Source: Leptolyngbya foveolarum (GTDB lineage: Bacteria > Cyanobacteriota > Cyanobacteriia > Phormidesmidales > Phormidesmidaceae). Taken from it: a stretch of 64,000 nt of DNA. Positions 33,476-44,692 of the stretch are shown here, piece by piece; within the stretch, counting starts at the first letter, position 1; every line of letters begins with the position of its first letter. The position numbers and the translations under genes were made by a program. The stretch is taken from NCBI GenBank assembly GCA_003242035.1, contig QBMC01000005.1, positions 577-64,576 of the forward strand, written 5' to 3'. Under the pieces are notes generated by a model. The model did no database searches, had not been told where the DNA came from, and saw only the letters and a program-made list of their open reading frames with translations.

Positions 33476-34423
33476 TCAACCCTCACCAACATTAATCATA
33501 TAGGGAATAGCCACCTCTGCCTGCGGCCAGCTTCGCCGCACAAACCGCCATAAAAAAGGAACAGACACCAAGACCATCAGCAATCCGATCTGCCAGCCCG
33601 CCTGCATATCCGCCACCGTCACCGCCGCCTGATCGCTAGCCGTCGCTTGGTTCAACGCCACAATTCCCACCGCCGCCAGATTATTCAACCCGTGACAAGC
33701 AATCGGCACCCACAGGCTGCGCGTCCGCACATACAGTAGCCCCATCACCAGCCCAAACAGCGTCAGCCCTACCGGATTGTTGGTATGCAACAGCCCGAAC
33801 AGCACAGAAGAAGCCACCAGTGCCCGCCGCATTCCCCATTTTGCAGCCCACCGCTGAAGCAACACGCCCCGAAAAATTAGCTCTTCCACCACGGGCGCAA
33901 TGCCTATCACCAGCAGCCATATCAGAGCGTCATATAGCGCCGGAAACCGGCTTTCTATCTCCTCTATCACCGAAGCATTCTCTAAAATCAGCCCAGCATA
34001 ATTAGGAAACGCTAAAGACACCAAATAGAAGAAAATAGAGGCGCTGCCTAAAGAAAAAATCAGCAGGCTAAGCAGTAAAAAGAGTCCATAAAACAGCGAA
34101 AAACGAGGAAGTTTAGATCTCAATGCTCCCCGACCAAACAGCGGCTTCAGCTTTATCCCTTCACTCTGAAGCATCCATAAAATAACCGCCGCGATCGCCC
34201 CCCGAGAAACCATATCCAAAACCGTCAGCACAATCGGATCAATAGCCTCAGGCAACAGTCCAGCCTGCTCAATCGTCCAAAACGGCAGCAAAATCAGCAG
34301 GTTCACAGCCAAAGCAGTCGCAAACACCAAATATCGACTTTTTATCCGTAAGAACGGATTTTTAGAGACATCTACTGTCACAGACGGGCGATTAGGTGGG
34401 CAGTCAGTCAGGCGGTCAGGCAA
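33476..34423 (-). CDS. CPBP (Abi/CAAX) intramembrane glutamic endopeptidase
   Basis: APVVEELIFRG, FGLLH and HGLNN. Confidence 0.9.
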   Translation of the reverse strand: MPDRLTDCPPNRPSVTVDVSKNPFLRIKSRYLVFATALAVNLLILLPFWTIEQAGLLPEAIDPIVLTVLDMVSRGAIAAVILWMLQSEGIKLKPLFGRGALRSKLPRFSLFYGLFLLLSLLIFSLGSASIFFYLVSLAFPNYAGLILENASVIEEIESRFPALYDALIWLLVIGIAPVVEELIFRGVLLQRWAAKWGMRRALVASSVLFGLLHTNNPVGLTLFGLVMGLLYVRTRSLWVPIACHGLNNLAAVGIVALNQATASDQAAVTVADMQAGWQIGLLMVLVSVPFLWRFVRRSWPQAEVAIPYMINVGEG

Positions 34424-34441
34424 ACGTTTACAAAGCTCCTA

Positions 34442-34483
34442 CATTCTCAAGCTGGCATTCTCAAGCTGGCATTCTCAAACCGG
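34442..34483. repeat. 14-bp tandem repeat, 3 copies
   Basis: CATTCTCAAGCTGG twice plus CATTCTCAAACCGG. Confidence 0.75.
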
Positions 34484-34695
34484 GTGTCCACCACTAGCGA
34501 TTCAAAAACAGGCGATTGATCCTATATAGATCTCATGAGTCATCTATTAACCGCTTATCTATCGTGTGAGTCATTAATTATAAGAAGCCAACACCTATTT
34601 CAAAAGTTAAGATAGCGCGGGCAATGGGCTGAATTAGCAAACGATTCAGTCAAAACTTTTCCGGAACAAAAGAAACTGTCCATCCGCCTCCAAAA

Positions 34696-37600
34696 TTGCC
34701 ACACCCCGCGAAAATAAGCAGCCAAAGTTGCTACAGTAGCTGGGTAAAAGGCAACAGATATCCAGTGCCGCCCACCCCCGATCCCGACAGCATTAACTTA
34801 ACACCCAACCCTCCTGCTGGGCGATCGCGACCTTTTCCCTGGTTCTGGTTTGGCACGTTTATCGGCACCCTCCTCAGCGCCGCTGGATTAGGCTTAGCTG
34901 CCTGGGCCTGGATATTCATCAACGAAGACCTCTCGCCCCTGCTTTCTAAAACGCTCAGCAAAGAGCTAGAGCGCCCCGTAGAACTCGGCGAGGTCGAAAA
35001 CGTTACGCTCAACAGCATTCAAGTAGGCCCCTCCCAAATAGGGGTTTCAGACACCGACCCGACCCGGCTCACCGCCGAAACCGTTACCGTCAACGTCAAT
35101 CCATTAGAAGCCCTTTTCACTTCGAAACTGGGGCTAAATATCACCGTTGATGAAGCCAACGGCTACCTTCAGCAAGATCCTGAAAAAGGCTGGCTCAACG
35201 TTGATATTCCAGAACAAGACGACGATAAGGAAGAGTCTAGGTTCAAGGTGCGGCTCGAAAAACTCCGCATTCGAGACTCGTTTCTAACGCTGGTGCCCGT
35301 CTCCCCAAAAGGCGCTCTGCTAGAGCCGATTCCGGTCGAAAACCTCAACGGCCAGATCAACGTCGATTCCATCACGGTAGATGGCGATGAAGCCCAGCGC
35401 ATACGATTTGAGCTAGCGGGCAATCCGACGGGCGGCGGCGATCTATCTATTAAAGGAGAAGTGCAGCCCCTCCCTCAAGCCGAAGTGACCGCTGCTGACG
35501 CTAACGATGGGGTAAAAGACTTAGATAATGCGGCTAACGGTTCGTCTGATGACTTGAACGATACTCGCGATGAACCTCAAAACGCGATCGCCACTAACCT
35601 GCTCATCCGGGCAGCCGACGCTCCCGTCGCGGACATTCTGCGGTTCGCCCTGGCCAGTATCAGTCTCCCAACTGACGCCGTTGATATCGAATCGGGCACC
35701 GTCAGCGGCTCCGTCGATCTTGGCTTTAGACCTAACGAACCCGTAGACTATTCCGGTACGCTGAGCTTAGACAAGGCCAGCTTAGTCACAGCGGCCATTC
35801 CGCTGCCGGTAGAAGATATATCAGGCGAAGCGCAGTTTCAAGGCAACAAATGGACGATTGATCAGCTCAATGCCACCTACGGAGAAATTGATGCCGTCGC
35901 CGAAGGACTCCTCGATTTTGACAACGGCTATGCGCTAGATGTCACGACAGACGACGTTTCCGTTGAAGAATTTGTCGCCACTACCGGACTGGAATTACCC
36001 GTCCCGGTTGTCGGTAATTTTGGTGCGATCGCCCAAATCAGCGGCCCGCTCAACAGCCCCCTCGTCACCGGCAGCGTCTTTGCTACCGATCCCCTCACGG
36101 TAGACAAAGTCACGTTCGCCACTGCCGCTGCCGAAGTCCTCTACAAAGATCAGATGCTATACCTGGACGACATCGCCGCTACGCCCAGTACCGGCGGCTC
36201 CCTCACAGGCTCCGGACAAGTTCGGCTAGCTCAAGGCTCACCTTTTAACTTCGACCTCACGGGCCGCAGCCTCCCCGCCCGCGAAATTGCTCAACTCTAT
36301 GGAGCCAATCCCAACTTCCAAATTGGCCTGGTCTCTGCCGATGTTGCTGTTGTCGGCAATAATGGCAACGTCAATACCAACATTCGATGGAACGCGCCTG
36401 CTGCCCAATACCCGGCCTCTGGCCTCATCGACGTTAACGGTCGGACGCTGACCTTTCGCGATACGCTAGCCAAAGTCGGCGGTGGTCTAGTTCGCGGTAC
36501 TGGCAAACTCGTCAACGACCAATGGAACGCGGACGTTGATCTTGCAGGTGTCAACCTGGGCAGTTTTTCCGACGCCATCAACGGCGATATCAACGGTCAG
36601 TTTAAGCTCAGCGGCAGCACTCGAAATAATAGCTTGGAAGCGATCGCCGCCCAAGGAAACATCACCTTCGCCAACGGCCTCGCCTCCTTCAGCTCGCCTA
36701 GCAATACCTTCTTCCAAGACTTCACCGATCCGCTCAGCGCCCGATTTGCCTGGAATGGTCAGACTATTAATGTGATTGGTGCTAAGAGCGATCGCCTCAC
36801 CGCCAGCGGCACCCTTACCCCCAGCTTTGAAAACGGCTTCAGCCTCGAACAGTTCAATCTAGCCCTCAACGCTCAAGACTACGCGCTCTCAGAGCTACCC
36901 TTCGAAATCCCCGAGCTAATTGCCCTCGCTGGCCGGGGCAACTTCAACGGCAGAGTCACTGGTAGCCCCAGCGCGCCCAACGTCAGCGGCGATATCCAGC
37001 TCGCCAACCTCGTCGTCAACCTGCTCCCCTTCGAGTCCTCTCTCGCGGGCAAGCTCAACTACACCACCGGCGGCGGATTGGGTTTAGATGTCTCCGGTAG
37101 CCGCGACAAAATCGCTCTCAACTTAGGGCCTTTCAACGACACCAACGCCATTCCCCCCATCGACTTCGACGTTAACTGGCGCAATGCCTTTGCTACTGGC
37201 AGCACCCAGGGAGACATTCTCAATGTTCAAGCCAGCAACTTTCCGCTCGCCGCCCTCAACTTCCCTCCCGACAGCGTCACCAACACCATTGGCCAGATCA
37301 AAGGCGCACTCACTGCCGACGTAGCTATTAACCTCAACAGCCAAACCGTTGCGGGCGACTTCAGCGTAGACCAGCTCGGCCTCGGCTACATTGGCATTGG
37401 CCGCATCGCCGGACAGTTGCGGTATGCAGATCGCCTCGCGACCCTCACAGGCGGACAGCTACGCCTGAACGAAAACTTTTACGACATCAGCGGCAAAATT
37501 TCTTTGGCAGGCCCCGAGCCAACCTACAGCGTCAATGCCACTACCGCCAGCGGCGACGTTCAAAACATCCTCTCTGCCCTCTCCATCTATCGCTTAGAAG

Positions 37601-40062
37601 ACTTCCGTCGGGGGCTTACCCCACCCGACTGGCTCAATGGCGCAGTCTCTCAGTCAACGCTAGACACCGTACTCGCCACTCGCTCAACCGGTGGCATCGA
37701 AGCCTCTGTTTTAGACCAGCTACGTCGCCTAGCCGAAATTCAAGACCTCGAAGCCGAAAGAGTGCTGGCTGCCGAAAACGATCCGCTTCCTCCCTTACAA
37801 GAACTTAACGGCCCCTTCGCGGGCAACATCCAGCTCAACGGCACCGGCAGCGACTTCAAAGTTGACTTCGACATCGCAGGCAAAAACTGGCAGTGGGGCG
37901 ACGACTACAGCGCCCAAGACGTTGTAGCCAAAGGTAGCCTTACGCCAAGCGTACTGACCCTAGAACCGGTTCGGCTAGCCTCAACCATCCAGAAGACAGG
38001 CGCTGAGAATGCAGCAGGTTCTGCATCTAATCCGCCGGAAAGTTCTGAGCCAATCAATCCTGAAACAGCCGCCATCGAACCTGAAATTGCGGCCGTTACC
38101 CTAGCTGGTCAGCTTGTCTTTGGGCGCAACACAGAACTCACCTCAAATCTTCAGGCCAATGCTCAAAACTTAGACGTTGGACTGCTCCGCGATGTTTTTC
38201 AAATTCCTGTTGATATTGAGGGATTGGCCAACGCTACGGCTACGCTCGGCGGTACGCTCGCCAACCCACAGCTACGGGGCAATGCAGCGTTAGAGACTGC
38301 CACCATCAACGATACACCGATTGAATCGGCGATCGCTCAATTCCTCTACCAAAACGCACGGCTAAACCTCCAAAGCGAGCTAATCGCCACCGCGCCTGAT
38401 AATCCCCTCACCCTCAAAGCCCAAATTCCCTACGCGTTCAACTTCATGGACGTTAAGCCGCAAACCAACGACATCAACGTCAATATCGACGTGGCAGATG
38501 AAGGGCTAGCGCTGTTGAATATTTTCAACGATCAGGTTGCTTGGGAGTCGGGTGAGGGGCAGGTGAGTCTTACCGTAGGCGGCACCCTGTCTAGTCCAGA
38601 AATTCAGGGCTTTGCTAGGTTAGAAAACGCCGTTCTTAGCGCCCAGATATTACCTGATTTGCTTACCAATGTGAACGCTAACGCTAAATTTGTGGGCGAT
38701 CGCATCATCGTCGAAAACCTTCAGGGCAGCTTCAGCGAAGGCAAGCTCACCGCCGCCGGCACCTTCCCCCTGCTCAACCCCATCGCCACGGGTGCTCAAA
38801 TCGGCACCATCTCACTCCCCGCAAACAACCCCGACACCGCCGAACCCGACACCGCCGAAGTAAATTTTCCCGAAGACTTCAATCCGCTCTTCCCCCAACC
38901 GCTTTCCCCCGAGCGTCCCCTCACCTTCAACTTCGAAGACATCGATCTCGATCTTGAAGGACTCTATGCTGGCGGCGTTTACGGTCAGGTCGTAGTCGGC
39001 GGCAGCGCCCTACTCAGAGGCCCCCAAATCGGCGGAGAAGTGATCCTCTCGAACGGGCAAATTTTACTCCCAGACGGCAATGGCGCTAGCGAGGCAGAAG
39101 TCACCGCCGCCACAGCAGGCACCTCAGCCGGCGCCGTTAATCCCACCAGCACCGGGAATACAGGCGGCATCGTCCCCAACTTTCGCAACCTGCGGCTCAC
39201 CTTAGGCAACTCCGTTCGCATCACTCAGGGAAACCTGCTTAACTTCGTAGCCGACGGGACGCTGGCACTCAACGGCTCGCCTCAAAACCTCGAACCCGAA
39301 GGCACTATCAACCTCCGCTCAGGCCGCGTCAACCTCTATACCACTGTCTTCCGTCTGCGCGGTCGCAACAATACCGCCACCTTCACTCCAGAAACAGGTA
39401 TCGCCAATCCTTTCTTAGAGGTCTCACTAAGAGCCTCCGTCCCCGAAGTCAACGTCAATGCGGGGCCGGTTGCCACCAATTTCTTCGACAACGGAGAAGT
39501 CGCCGACACCACTGGCAGAGGCTTCGACACCACTGGCTCCCTGCGTACCATCCGCGTTCGAGCAGACGTCGTCGGGCCAGCCAACGCTATCTTCGAAAAC
39601 TTAGAACTCTCCAGCTCTCCAGGTCGCTCAGAAGACGAACTGGTCGCCCTCATCGGCGGTGGCTTCATCAATGCCCTAGAATCCACAGTCGGTAGCCTCT
39701 CCGGCGGCAACGGTGGAGACGGCTTCCAGGGTCTGATCAACCTAGTAGGCGGCGCACTGCTCAACAATGTTCAAGATGTCATTGGCAATGCCCTCAGCGT
39801 CAGCGAACTACGCCTATTTCCAGTGACCTCAGTCAACCGCTCCGTCGCCAAAAACAACGACGACAACGGCATCGACTTCGGCGCAGAAATCGGCTTCGAT
39901 GTGACCGATTCCACCACGCTCTCTGTCCTCAAAGTACTCACAGACAACACCAACCCCGAGTTTGGCGTTAACTATCGACTCACCGACGAACTCAACGTCA
40001 GAGGCACCACCAACTTTGAGGAGATTAACCAGGTGCTTCTAGAATACGAACTGCGGTTTTAG
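34696..40062 (+). CDS. tamB: Translocation and assembly module TamB / AsmA-like protein
   Basis: 1788 aa with a single N-terminal TM, long Gly/Asn/Leu-rich beta-taenia-like region, and C-terminal DUF490-like region ending LLEYELRF. Confidence 0.88.
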   Translation: MPHPAKISSQSCYSSWVKGNRYPVPPTPDPDSINLTPNPPAGRSRPFPWFWFGTFIGTLLSAAGLGLAAWAWIFINEDLSPLLSKTLSKELERPVELGEVENVTLNSIQVGPSQIGVSDTDPTRLTAETVTVNVNPLEALFTSKLGLNITVDEANGYLQQDPEKGWLNVDIPEQDDDKEESRFKVRLEKLRIRDSFLTLVPVSPKGALLEPIPVENLNGQINVDSITVDGDEAQRIRFELAGNPTGGGDLSIKGEVQPLPQAEVTAADANDGVKDLDNAANGSSDDLNDTRDEPQNAIATNLLIRAADAPVADILRFALASISLPTDAVDIESGTVSGSVDLGFRPNEPVDYSGTLSLDKASLVTAAIPLPVEDISGEAQFQGNKWTIDQLNATYGEIDAVAEGLLDFDNGYALDVTTDDVSVEEFVATTGLELPVPVVGNFGAIAQISGPLNSPLVTGSVFATDPLTVDKVTFATAAAEVLYKDQMLYLDDIAATPSTGGSLTGSGQVRLAQGSPFNFDLTGRSLPAREIAQLYGANPNFQIGLVSADVAVVGNNGNVNTNIRWNAPAAQYPASGLIDVNGRTLTFRDTLAKVGGGLVRGTGKLVNDQWNADVDLAGVNLGSFSDAINGDINGQFKLSGSTRNNSLEAIAAQGNITFANGLASFSSPSNTFFQDFTDPLSARFAWNGQTINVIGAKSDRLTASGTLTPSFENGFSLEQFNLALNAQDYALSELPFEIPELIALAGRGNFNGRVTGSPSAPNVSGDIQLANLVVNLLPFESSLAGKLNYTTGGGLGLDVSGSRDKIALNLGPFNDTNAIPPIDFDVNWRNAFATGSTQGDILNVQASNFPLAALNFPPDSVTNTIGQIKGALTADVAINLNSQTVAGDFSVDQLGLGYIGIGRIAGQLRYADRLATLTGGQLRLNENFYDISGKISLAGPEPTYSVNATTASGDVQNILSALSIYRLEDFRRGLTPPDWLNGAVSQSTLDTVLATRSTGGIEASVLDQLRRLAEIQDLEAERVLAAENDPLPPLQELNGPFAGNIQLNGTGSDFKVDFDIAGKNWQWGDDYSAQDVVAKGSLTPSVLTLEPVRLASTIQKTGAENAAGSASNPPESSEPINPETAAIEPEIAAVTLAGQLVFGRNTELTSNLQANAQNLDVGLLRDVFQIPVDIEGLANATATLGGTLANPQLRGNAALETATINDTPIESAIAQFLYQNARLNLQSELIATAPDNPLTLKAQIPYAFNFMDVKPQTNDINVNIDVADEGLALLNIFNDQVAWESGEGQVSLTVGGTLSSPEIQGFARLENAVLSAQILPDLLTNVNANAKFVGDRIIVENLQGSFSEGKLTAAGTFPLLNPIATGAQIGTISLPANNPDTAEPDTAEVNFPEDFNPLFPQPLSPERPLTFNFEDIDLDLEGLYAGGVYGQVVVGGSALLRGPQIGGEVILSNGQILLPDGNGASEAEVTAATAGTSAGAVNPTSTGNTGGIVPNFRNLRLTLGNSVRITQGNLLNFVADGTLALNGSPQNLEPEGTINLRSGRVNLYTTVFRLRGRNNTATFTPETGIANPFLEVSLRASVPEVNVNAGPVATNFFDNGEVADTTGRGFDTTGSLRTIRVRADVVGPANAIFENLELSSSPGRSEDELVALIGGGFINALESTVGSLSGGNGGDGFQGLINLVGGALLNNVQDVIGNALSVSELRLFPVTSVNRSVAKNNDDNGIDFGAEIGFDVTDSTTLSVLKVLTDNTNPEFGVNYRLTDELNVRGTTNFEEINQVLLEYELRF

Positions 40063-40322
40063 CGCCTAATCTCAAGCACTGACCCATCCCAAAAACTGTC
40101 AAAGAAGTCATCTAACTATCAGTCTCAATTCCCACGGGATTCCCCTCATCGGCTAGAATCATAAGGGAATTTCTCCCAAAAAGAACCCGATATTAAATAC
40201 CACTGGCTGAAAGAAGTAGGCACTTCTTCTGGCGCTATCTATCGAAAGCCTCATTGAGAGCTAGAAGAAAGCCAACTCAAAGACTAGTCCAAAGACGTTT
40301 CTTAAAAAACCCAAACTAACCC

Positions 40323-41207
40323 GTGCTCAAACGAATCACTGTTTCGCTGCTGCTACTTATAGGGGCATGGAGTCAGGCTAAGCCCGCCGCTGCTCAAGCG
40401 TTGCTGCCTTACACGCTGCCATTAGATCAAACGCGATTGCAAGCAGACGGTGAAAGCTTAGCTCAAGATGCCGTACAGCTCGCCCAGTTTCAGCAATACG
40501 ACGAAGCCCTAGCTCGCGCTCAGCTTGCCGCTCAGCTATTGCCTGGTAATGCAGATGTACTGGCACTCCTCGGTAGCCTCTACTTGCAGTCTTCGAAGCC
40601 GCAGCCTGAGCAGGCGATCGCGACGCTAGAGCAGGCTAAAGAACTACAGCCAGACAATGCGCTGGTGATGTTTGCGCTAGGCAGCGCCTACTTTAGTCAC
40701 CAAGACTATAGCAAGGCCGTCAAATCTATCGAATCCGGTTTAAAAATAGAGCCTGAAAATCCGAATGCGCTGTTTGATTTGGGCAACGCTTATTACAAGC
40801 TGAGCCAGTTCGACCGAGCGATCGCCCAATACGAAAAAGCAGTCGCCAAAGAATCTAGCTTCTGGCCCGCTGTTAACAATATTGGCCTGGTTAAATACGA
40901 GTCGGGTGATACTGCTGGGGCGATCGCCGAATGGCAAAGAGCCTTAGACCTCGCAGGCGAAGAACAAACTGAACCTCAGCTCGCGATCGCCGTAGCCCAG
41001 TTTAGCCAGGGTCAAACGGCGTCTAGTAGTGACGCGGCCATCGTTGCTCTAGAGCGAGACCCCAGCTACGCCGACATCGACTTTCTCAAAGACAATCTGT
41101 GGGGCGAAAAGCTCATTACCGCCACAAAGCAGTTCTTTAGCACACCCGAGCTGCAAGAGCTGCTTGTCCAGCTAACGCCTAAAGAAGTAGAGCAGCCATC
41201 GCTATAA
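40323..41207 (+). CDS. TPR repeat protein with signal peptide
   Basis: Repeats such as ALFDLGNAYYKLSQFDRAIAQYEKA and AVNNIGLVKYE. Confidence 0.85.
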   Translation: MLKRITVSLLLLIGAWSQAKPAAAQALLPYTLPLDQTRLQADGESLAQDAVQLAQFQQYDEALARAQLAAQLLPGNADVLALLGSLYLQSSKPQPEQAIATLEQAKELQPDNALVMFALGSAYFSHQDYSKAVKSIESGLKIEPENPNALFDLGNAYYKLSQFDRAIAQYEKAVAKESSFWPAVNNIGLVKYESGDTAGAIAEWQRALDLAGEEQTEPQLAIAVAQFSQGQTASSSDAAIVALERDPSYADIDFLKDNLWGEKLITATKQFFSTPELQELLVQLTPKEVEQPSL

Positions 41208-41303
41208 AAGTAGCAAAGATGGCGACTCCATAACGTTGAAGTCGCCGTCTTTCTCGTGTAAAAGCCTTTTTTTGAGTCAACGTTCGTGGGTAGATGGTTT
41301 GAA

Positions 41304-41702
41304 TCACTCCGGCTGAATTTGCGCCACAATATCGTCTACAAACTTCTGGTGATCTACCACGGGCTTAGAAATGTAGCCATCGGCCCCGCTCTGAGTCAAA
41401 AACGTCTCGCGATCGCCATCCATTGCATGTGCAGTCACTAAAATCACCGGAATCTCAGACGTTTTCGGGTCAGACTTGAGAATTTGCGTAATCTCAATGC
41501 CATCTACCGGCTTTCCCTGATACACGCTATGCGACAGTGAAACATCCATTAAAATAACGTCGGCTTCCTTCTTCTGCGCAATGCTGATAACTTCCTCAAC
41601 GTTTTCCGTATGTTTTACCGCTAAACCGCCGCGCTTGGTCAAAATCTTTGAGAAGACGCGGGCATTCACCATATCGTCTTCAACAATTAAAACGGTACTC
41701 AT
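41304..41702 (-). CDS. Single-domain response regulator (DivK/CheY-like)
   Basis: VLIVEDD, ILMDV (phospho-Asp), VTAHA and YISKP. Confidence 0.92.
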   Translation of the reverse strand: MSTVLIVEDDMVNARVFSKILTKRGGLAVKHTENVEEVISIAQKKEADVILMDVSLSHSVYQGKPVDGIEITQILKSDPKTSEIPVILVTAHAMDGDRETFLTQSGADGYISKPVVDHQKFVDDIVAQIQPE

Positions 41703-42110
41703 AATTTTTCTTAGCTTTGAGTGGATGGCCTGAAATTAGGAAGACAAAAAACAAAAACAGATTAGCGATCGCGTCACCTACTGCAATTGTTAGGGTAGAA
41801 ACACAGCGATAGAATTTTACTCAAATTTTCTGAGTGCAAGGAATGTACCGCTATCAAGGTCAACGCCTAAAAGCATCTTACTCAGTAAAAATAACAGATA
41901 GATATCAAGAAATATAAGTAAGAACTACATCCTAGAGTATTGCAGTCTTTCGACGCTTCCGTGTAACGTACACGATTGTTGGGGCTTTACGAGCGCTCAG
42001 CACAGCGAATTAACACAGCGTCTCAAAATCTGATGAAGCTTATTCACAGATACTCAACTTTTCTCCCCATCCTCATCCCCAACCACGACAGCTAAATTCA
42101 GGTTTCATTC

Positions 42111-44615
42111 ATGGCCAGACTCAAATCTTCCAAAGAACAGATTGTCACCACCGCGCTCCACACCGAGGTGCAGCGATCCTACTTGGAATACGCCATGAGT
42201 GTCATCGTCGGGCGAGCGCTCCCCGACATCCGCGACGGCCTCAAACCGGTTCATCGGCGTATCCTCTACGCCATGCACGAGCTGGGCCTCGTCCCAGACC
42301 GTCCTTTTCGCAAATGCGCCCGCGTGGTCGGCGACGTGCTGGGTAAATACCATCCCCATGGCGATCAGGCAGTGTACGACGCGCTTGCACGTATGGTGCA
42401 AGACTTCTCCAGCCGCTACCCGCTGCTCGCAGGTCACGGCAACTTCGGCTCTGTAGACAACGACCCGCCAGCGGCCATGCGCTACACCGAAACGCGCCTC
42501 TCCGAGATTGGCCACAGCGCCCTTTTAAGCGAAGTCGGCGAGGCGACTGTAGATTTTGCCGATAACTTCGACAGCTCGCAGCAAGAACCCATCGTCCTGC
42601 CCGCGCAGCTCCCCAACATTCTGCTCAACGGTAGCTCTGGTATCGCTGTGGGCATGGCGACCAACATTCCGCCTCATAATCTCGGTGAAGTTGTAGATGG
42701 CCTGATCGCCCTGATCGACCGCCCCAACCTCTCTAACGACAAACTATTCGATCTCATCCCTGGCCCCGACTTTCCCACCGGCGCTGAGATTACCGGCACT
42801 AAAGGCATTCACGATGCCTATCGCACCGGACGCGGCAGTATTCCTATTCGCGGGGTAGCCAGCTTCGAAGAAATTCATCCTGGTAAAGGCAAGCGATCGC
42901 GCCAAGCCATCATCATCACCGAATTGCCCTATCAGGTCAACAAAGCAAGCTGGATCACCAAAATCGCCAGCCTCGTCAATCAGGGCCGCATCGAAAACAT
43001 TTCAGATATTCGCGACGAAAGCGACAGAGACGGAATGCGCGTCGTCATCGAACTCAAGCGCGAAGCCCAGCCGCACCTCATCCTTAACGACCTCTATCAG
43101 ATGACGCCGCTGCAAACCAACTTCGGCGCACTCATGCTCGCCATCGAAGACGGTCAGCCCCGGCAGTTCTCTTTGCGCGAAATCCTAGAAGCCTTCCTCA
43201 ACTTCCGTGAAGAAACGCTGGTTCGCCAGTACAGCCACGAACTAGAGAAAAAACGCGATCGCGCCCACATCGTAGACGGCCTCATCATCGCCCTCAACAG
43301 CCTAGATCCCGTCATCAAAATCATCCGTAACGCTCCCGACGGCACCACCGCCAAAATCAGCCTGCAAGAGCGCTTCAGTCTCTCCGAACGCCAGTCAGAC
43401 AGCATCCTCGCCATGCCCCTCCGCCGACTCACCGGTCTAGAACAGCAAAAACTGCGAGACGAAGCCGAAGAACTCACCCAGCGCATTGATGAACTTCAAA
43501 CCCTGGTCGAAGACCGCTCCATCCTGATGAAATCGCTCAAAAAGGAGCTGCGCGCCCTCAAAAAGAAATTCAACGACCCCCGCCGCACCCGCATCCTCAC
43601 CTCCGCCGAGCGCCATAAAGAGCAGCAAATTCTCGAAGAAATCGTAGCCGAAGAAAGCGAAACTCAATTCGTTGTCGAGTTCACCCGCAAAGGTTACATC
43701 CGCCGCTCTTCACCCAAAGTTTACTCGCGCCGCATTGCCAAAGAAGACCACCCAGACAAGCAATTTGAAGACTTTGACGATGTCGTTATTCAAACCGACG
43801 TGACTAATCCCACGCAAGAAATTCTCGTTCTCACCCGCGACGGCAAAGCCTACACCATCAACGTCAGCGACATTCCCGTAGACCAAAGGCAAAACAAAGG
43901 CATTCCGCTCATCAGCCTGCTTCCCCCCGCCGTGGCTAGCGAACCAGACAGCGTCGTCACCCACATTGTGATGGGCGCAGAGCGCTTGGCTCAACAGCTC
44001 ATCGTTATCTCTAGCAAAGGCAAAATTAAGCGCCTCCCAGCCGAAGAACTCACTCATATTTCAGGGCGCGGCCTCACCGTGCTCAAGCTTAAAGATGGCG
44101 ATACCTTGCAGTATGCGTTTACCGCCGAGATTGGCAGCGATTTGGTGCTCGCTTCCTCCGGGGGACGCCTCCTGCGCTTTCAGGTCAACGACGAACAGCT
44201 TCCAGAGATGAGCCGCGCGGCTCAAGGCTCTCAGGCCATTCGCCTACCCAAAAGCGAAACCCTAGTGGGCTGCGTTGCCGTTCGATCTAAAGATTCACTG
44301 CTGCTTGTATCTACCAAGGGCTACGCCAAACGCATTCTGGCCAGCAACTTCCGCGCGTCCAATCGCGGCGGCATCGGCTCTCAATCTTTTAAGTTCAGCT
44401 TGAAAAACGACTCGCTAACCTCGATGATATTGGCAGTTCCCAAAATGGACTTCAACGTCATTACCGATCAAGATCGTCAGGCTAGACGGTCTATCGACGA
44501 CGTACCCTTGCAGGGCAGAAGCCAGCCGTGCGATCGCCTATTCACCACCACCCACAGCGAAATCATCATCGAAACCCTCATCACCGATCTCCCACCAGAC
44601 ACCCTCGAAGAATAA
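42111..44615 (+). CDS. DNA gyrase/topoisomerase IV subunit A paralog
   Basis: [17 protein letters not shown], catalytic AAMRYTE and C-terminal pinwheel repeats. Confidence 0.93.
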   Translation: MARLKSSKEQIVTTALHTEVQRSYLEYAMSVIVGRALPDIRDGLKPVHRRILYAMHELGLVPDRPFRKCARVVGDVLGKYHPHGDQAVYDALARMVQDFSSRYPLLAGHGNFGSVDNDPPAAMRYTETRLSEIGHSALLSEVGEATVDFADNFDSSQQEPIVLPAQLPNILLNGSSGIAVGMATNIPPHNLGEVVDGLIALIDRPNLSNDKLFDLIPGPDFPTGAEITGTKGIHDAYRTGRGSIPIRGVASFEEIHPGKGKRSRQAIIITELPYQVNKASWITKIASLVNQGRIENISDIRDESDRDGMRVVIELKREAQPHLILNDLYQMTPLQTNFGALMLAIEDGQPRQFSLREILEAFLNFREETLVRQYSHELEKKRDRAHIVDGLIIALNSLDPVIKIIRNAPDGTTAKISLQERFSLSERQSDSILAMPLRRLTGLEQQKLRDEAEELTQRIDELQTLVEDRSILMKSLKKELRALKKKFNDPRRTRILTSAERHKEQQILEEIVAEESETQFVVEFTRKGYIRRSSPKVYSRRIAKEDHPDKQFEDFDDVVIQTDVTNPTQEILVLTRDGKAYTINVSDIPVDQRQNKGIPLISLLPPAVASEPDSVVTHIVMGAERLAQQLIVISSKGKIKRLPAEELTHISGRGLTVLKLKDGDTLQYAFTAEIGSDLVLASSGGRLLRFQVNDEQLPEMSRAAQGSQAIRLPKSETLVGCVAVRSKDSLLLVSTKGYAKRILASNFRASNRGGIGSQSFKFSLKNDSLTSMILAVPKMDFNVITDQDRQARRSIDDVPLQGRSQPCDRLFTTTHSEIIIETLITDLPPDTLEE

Positions 44616-44692
44616 GCGGCCCCAGTTCATACGAGTAGGTTTCTTACCCGCTTTTCTGTCCGAATGCTCCCTCTCTCCTCCTCAGCATCGCC

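Noticed and set aside
42105-44057. Long antisense ORFs opposite the gyrA paralog (also opposite clpB, tamB, hom and htpG)
   Set aside because: These are typical shadow frames arising from codon bias in conserved genes.
42111-44615. Second gyrA/parC without a partner B subunit as a novelty
   Set aside because: Two GyrA-like paralogs are standard in cyanobacteria.
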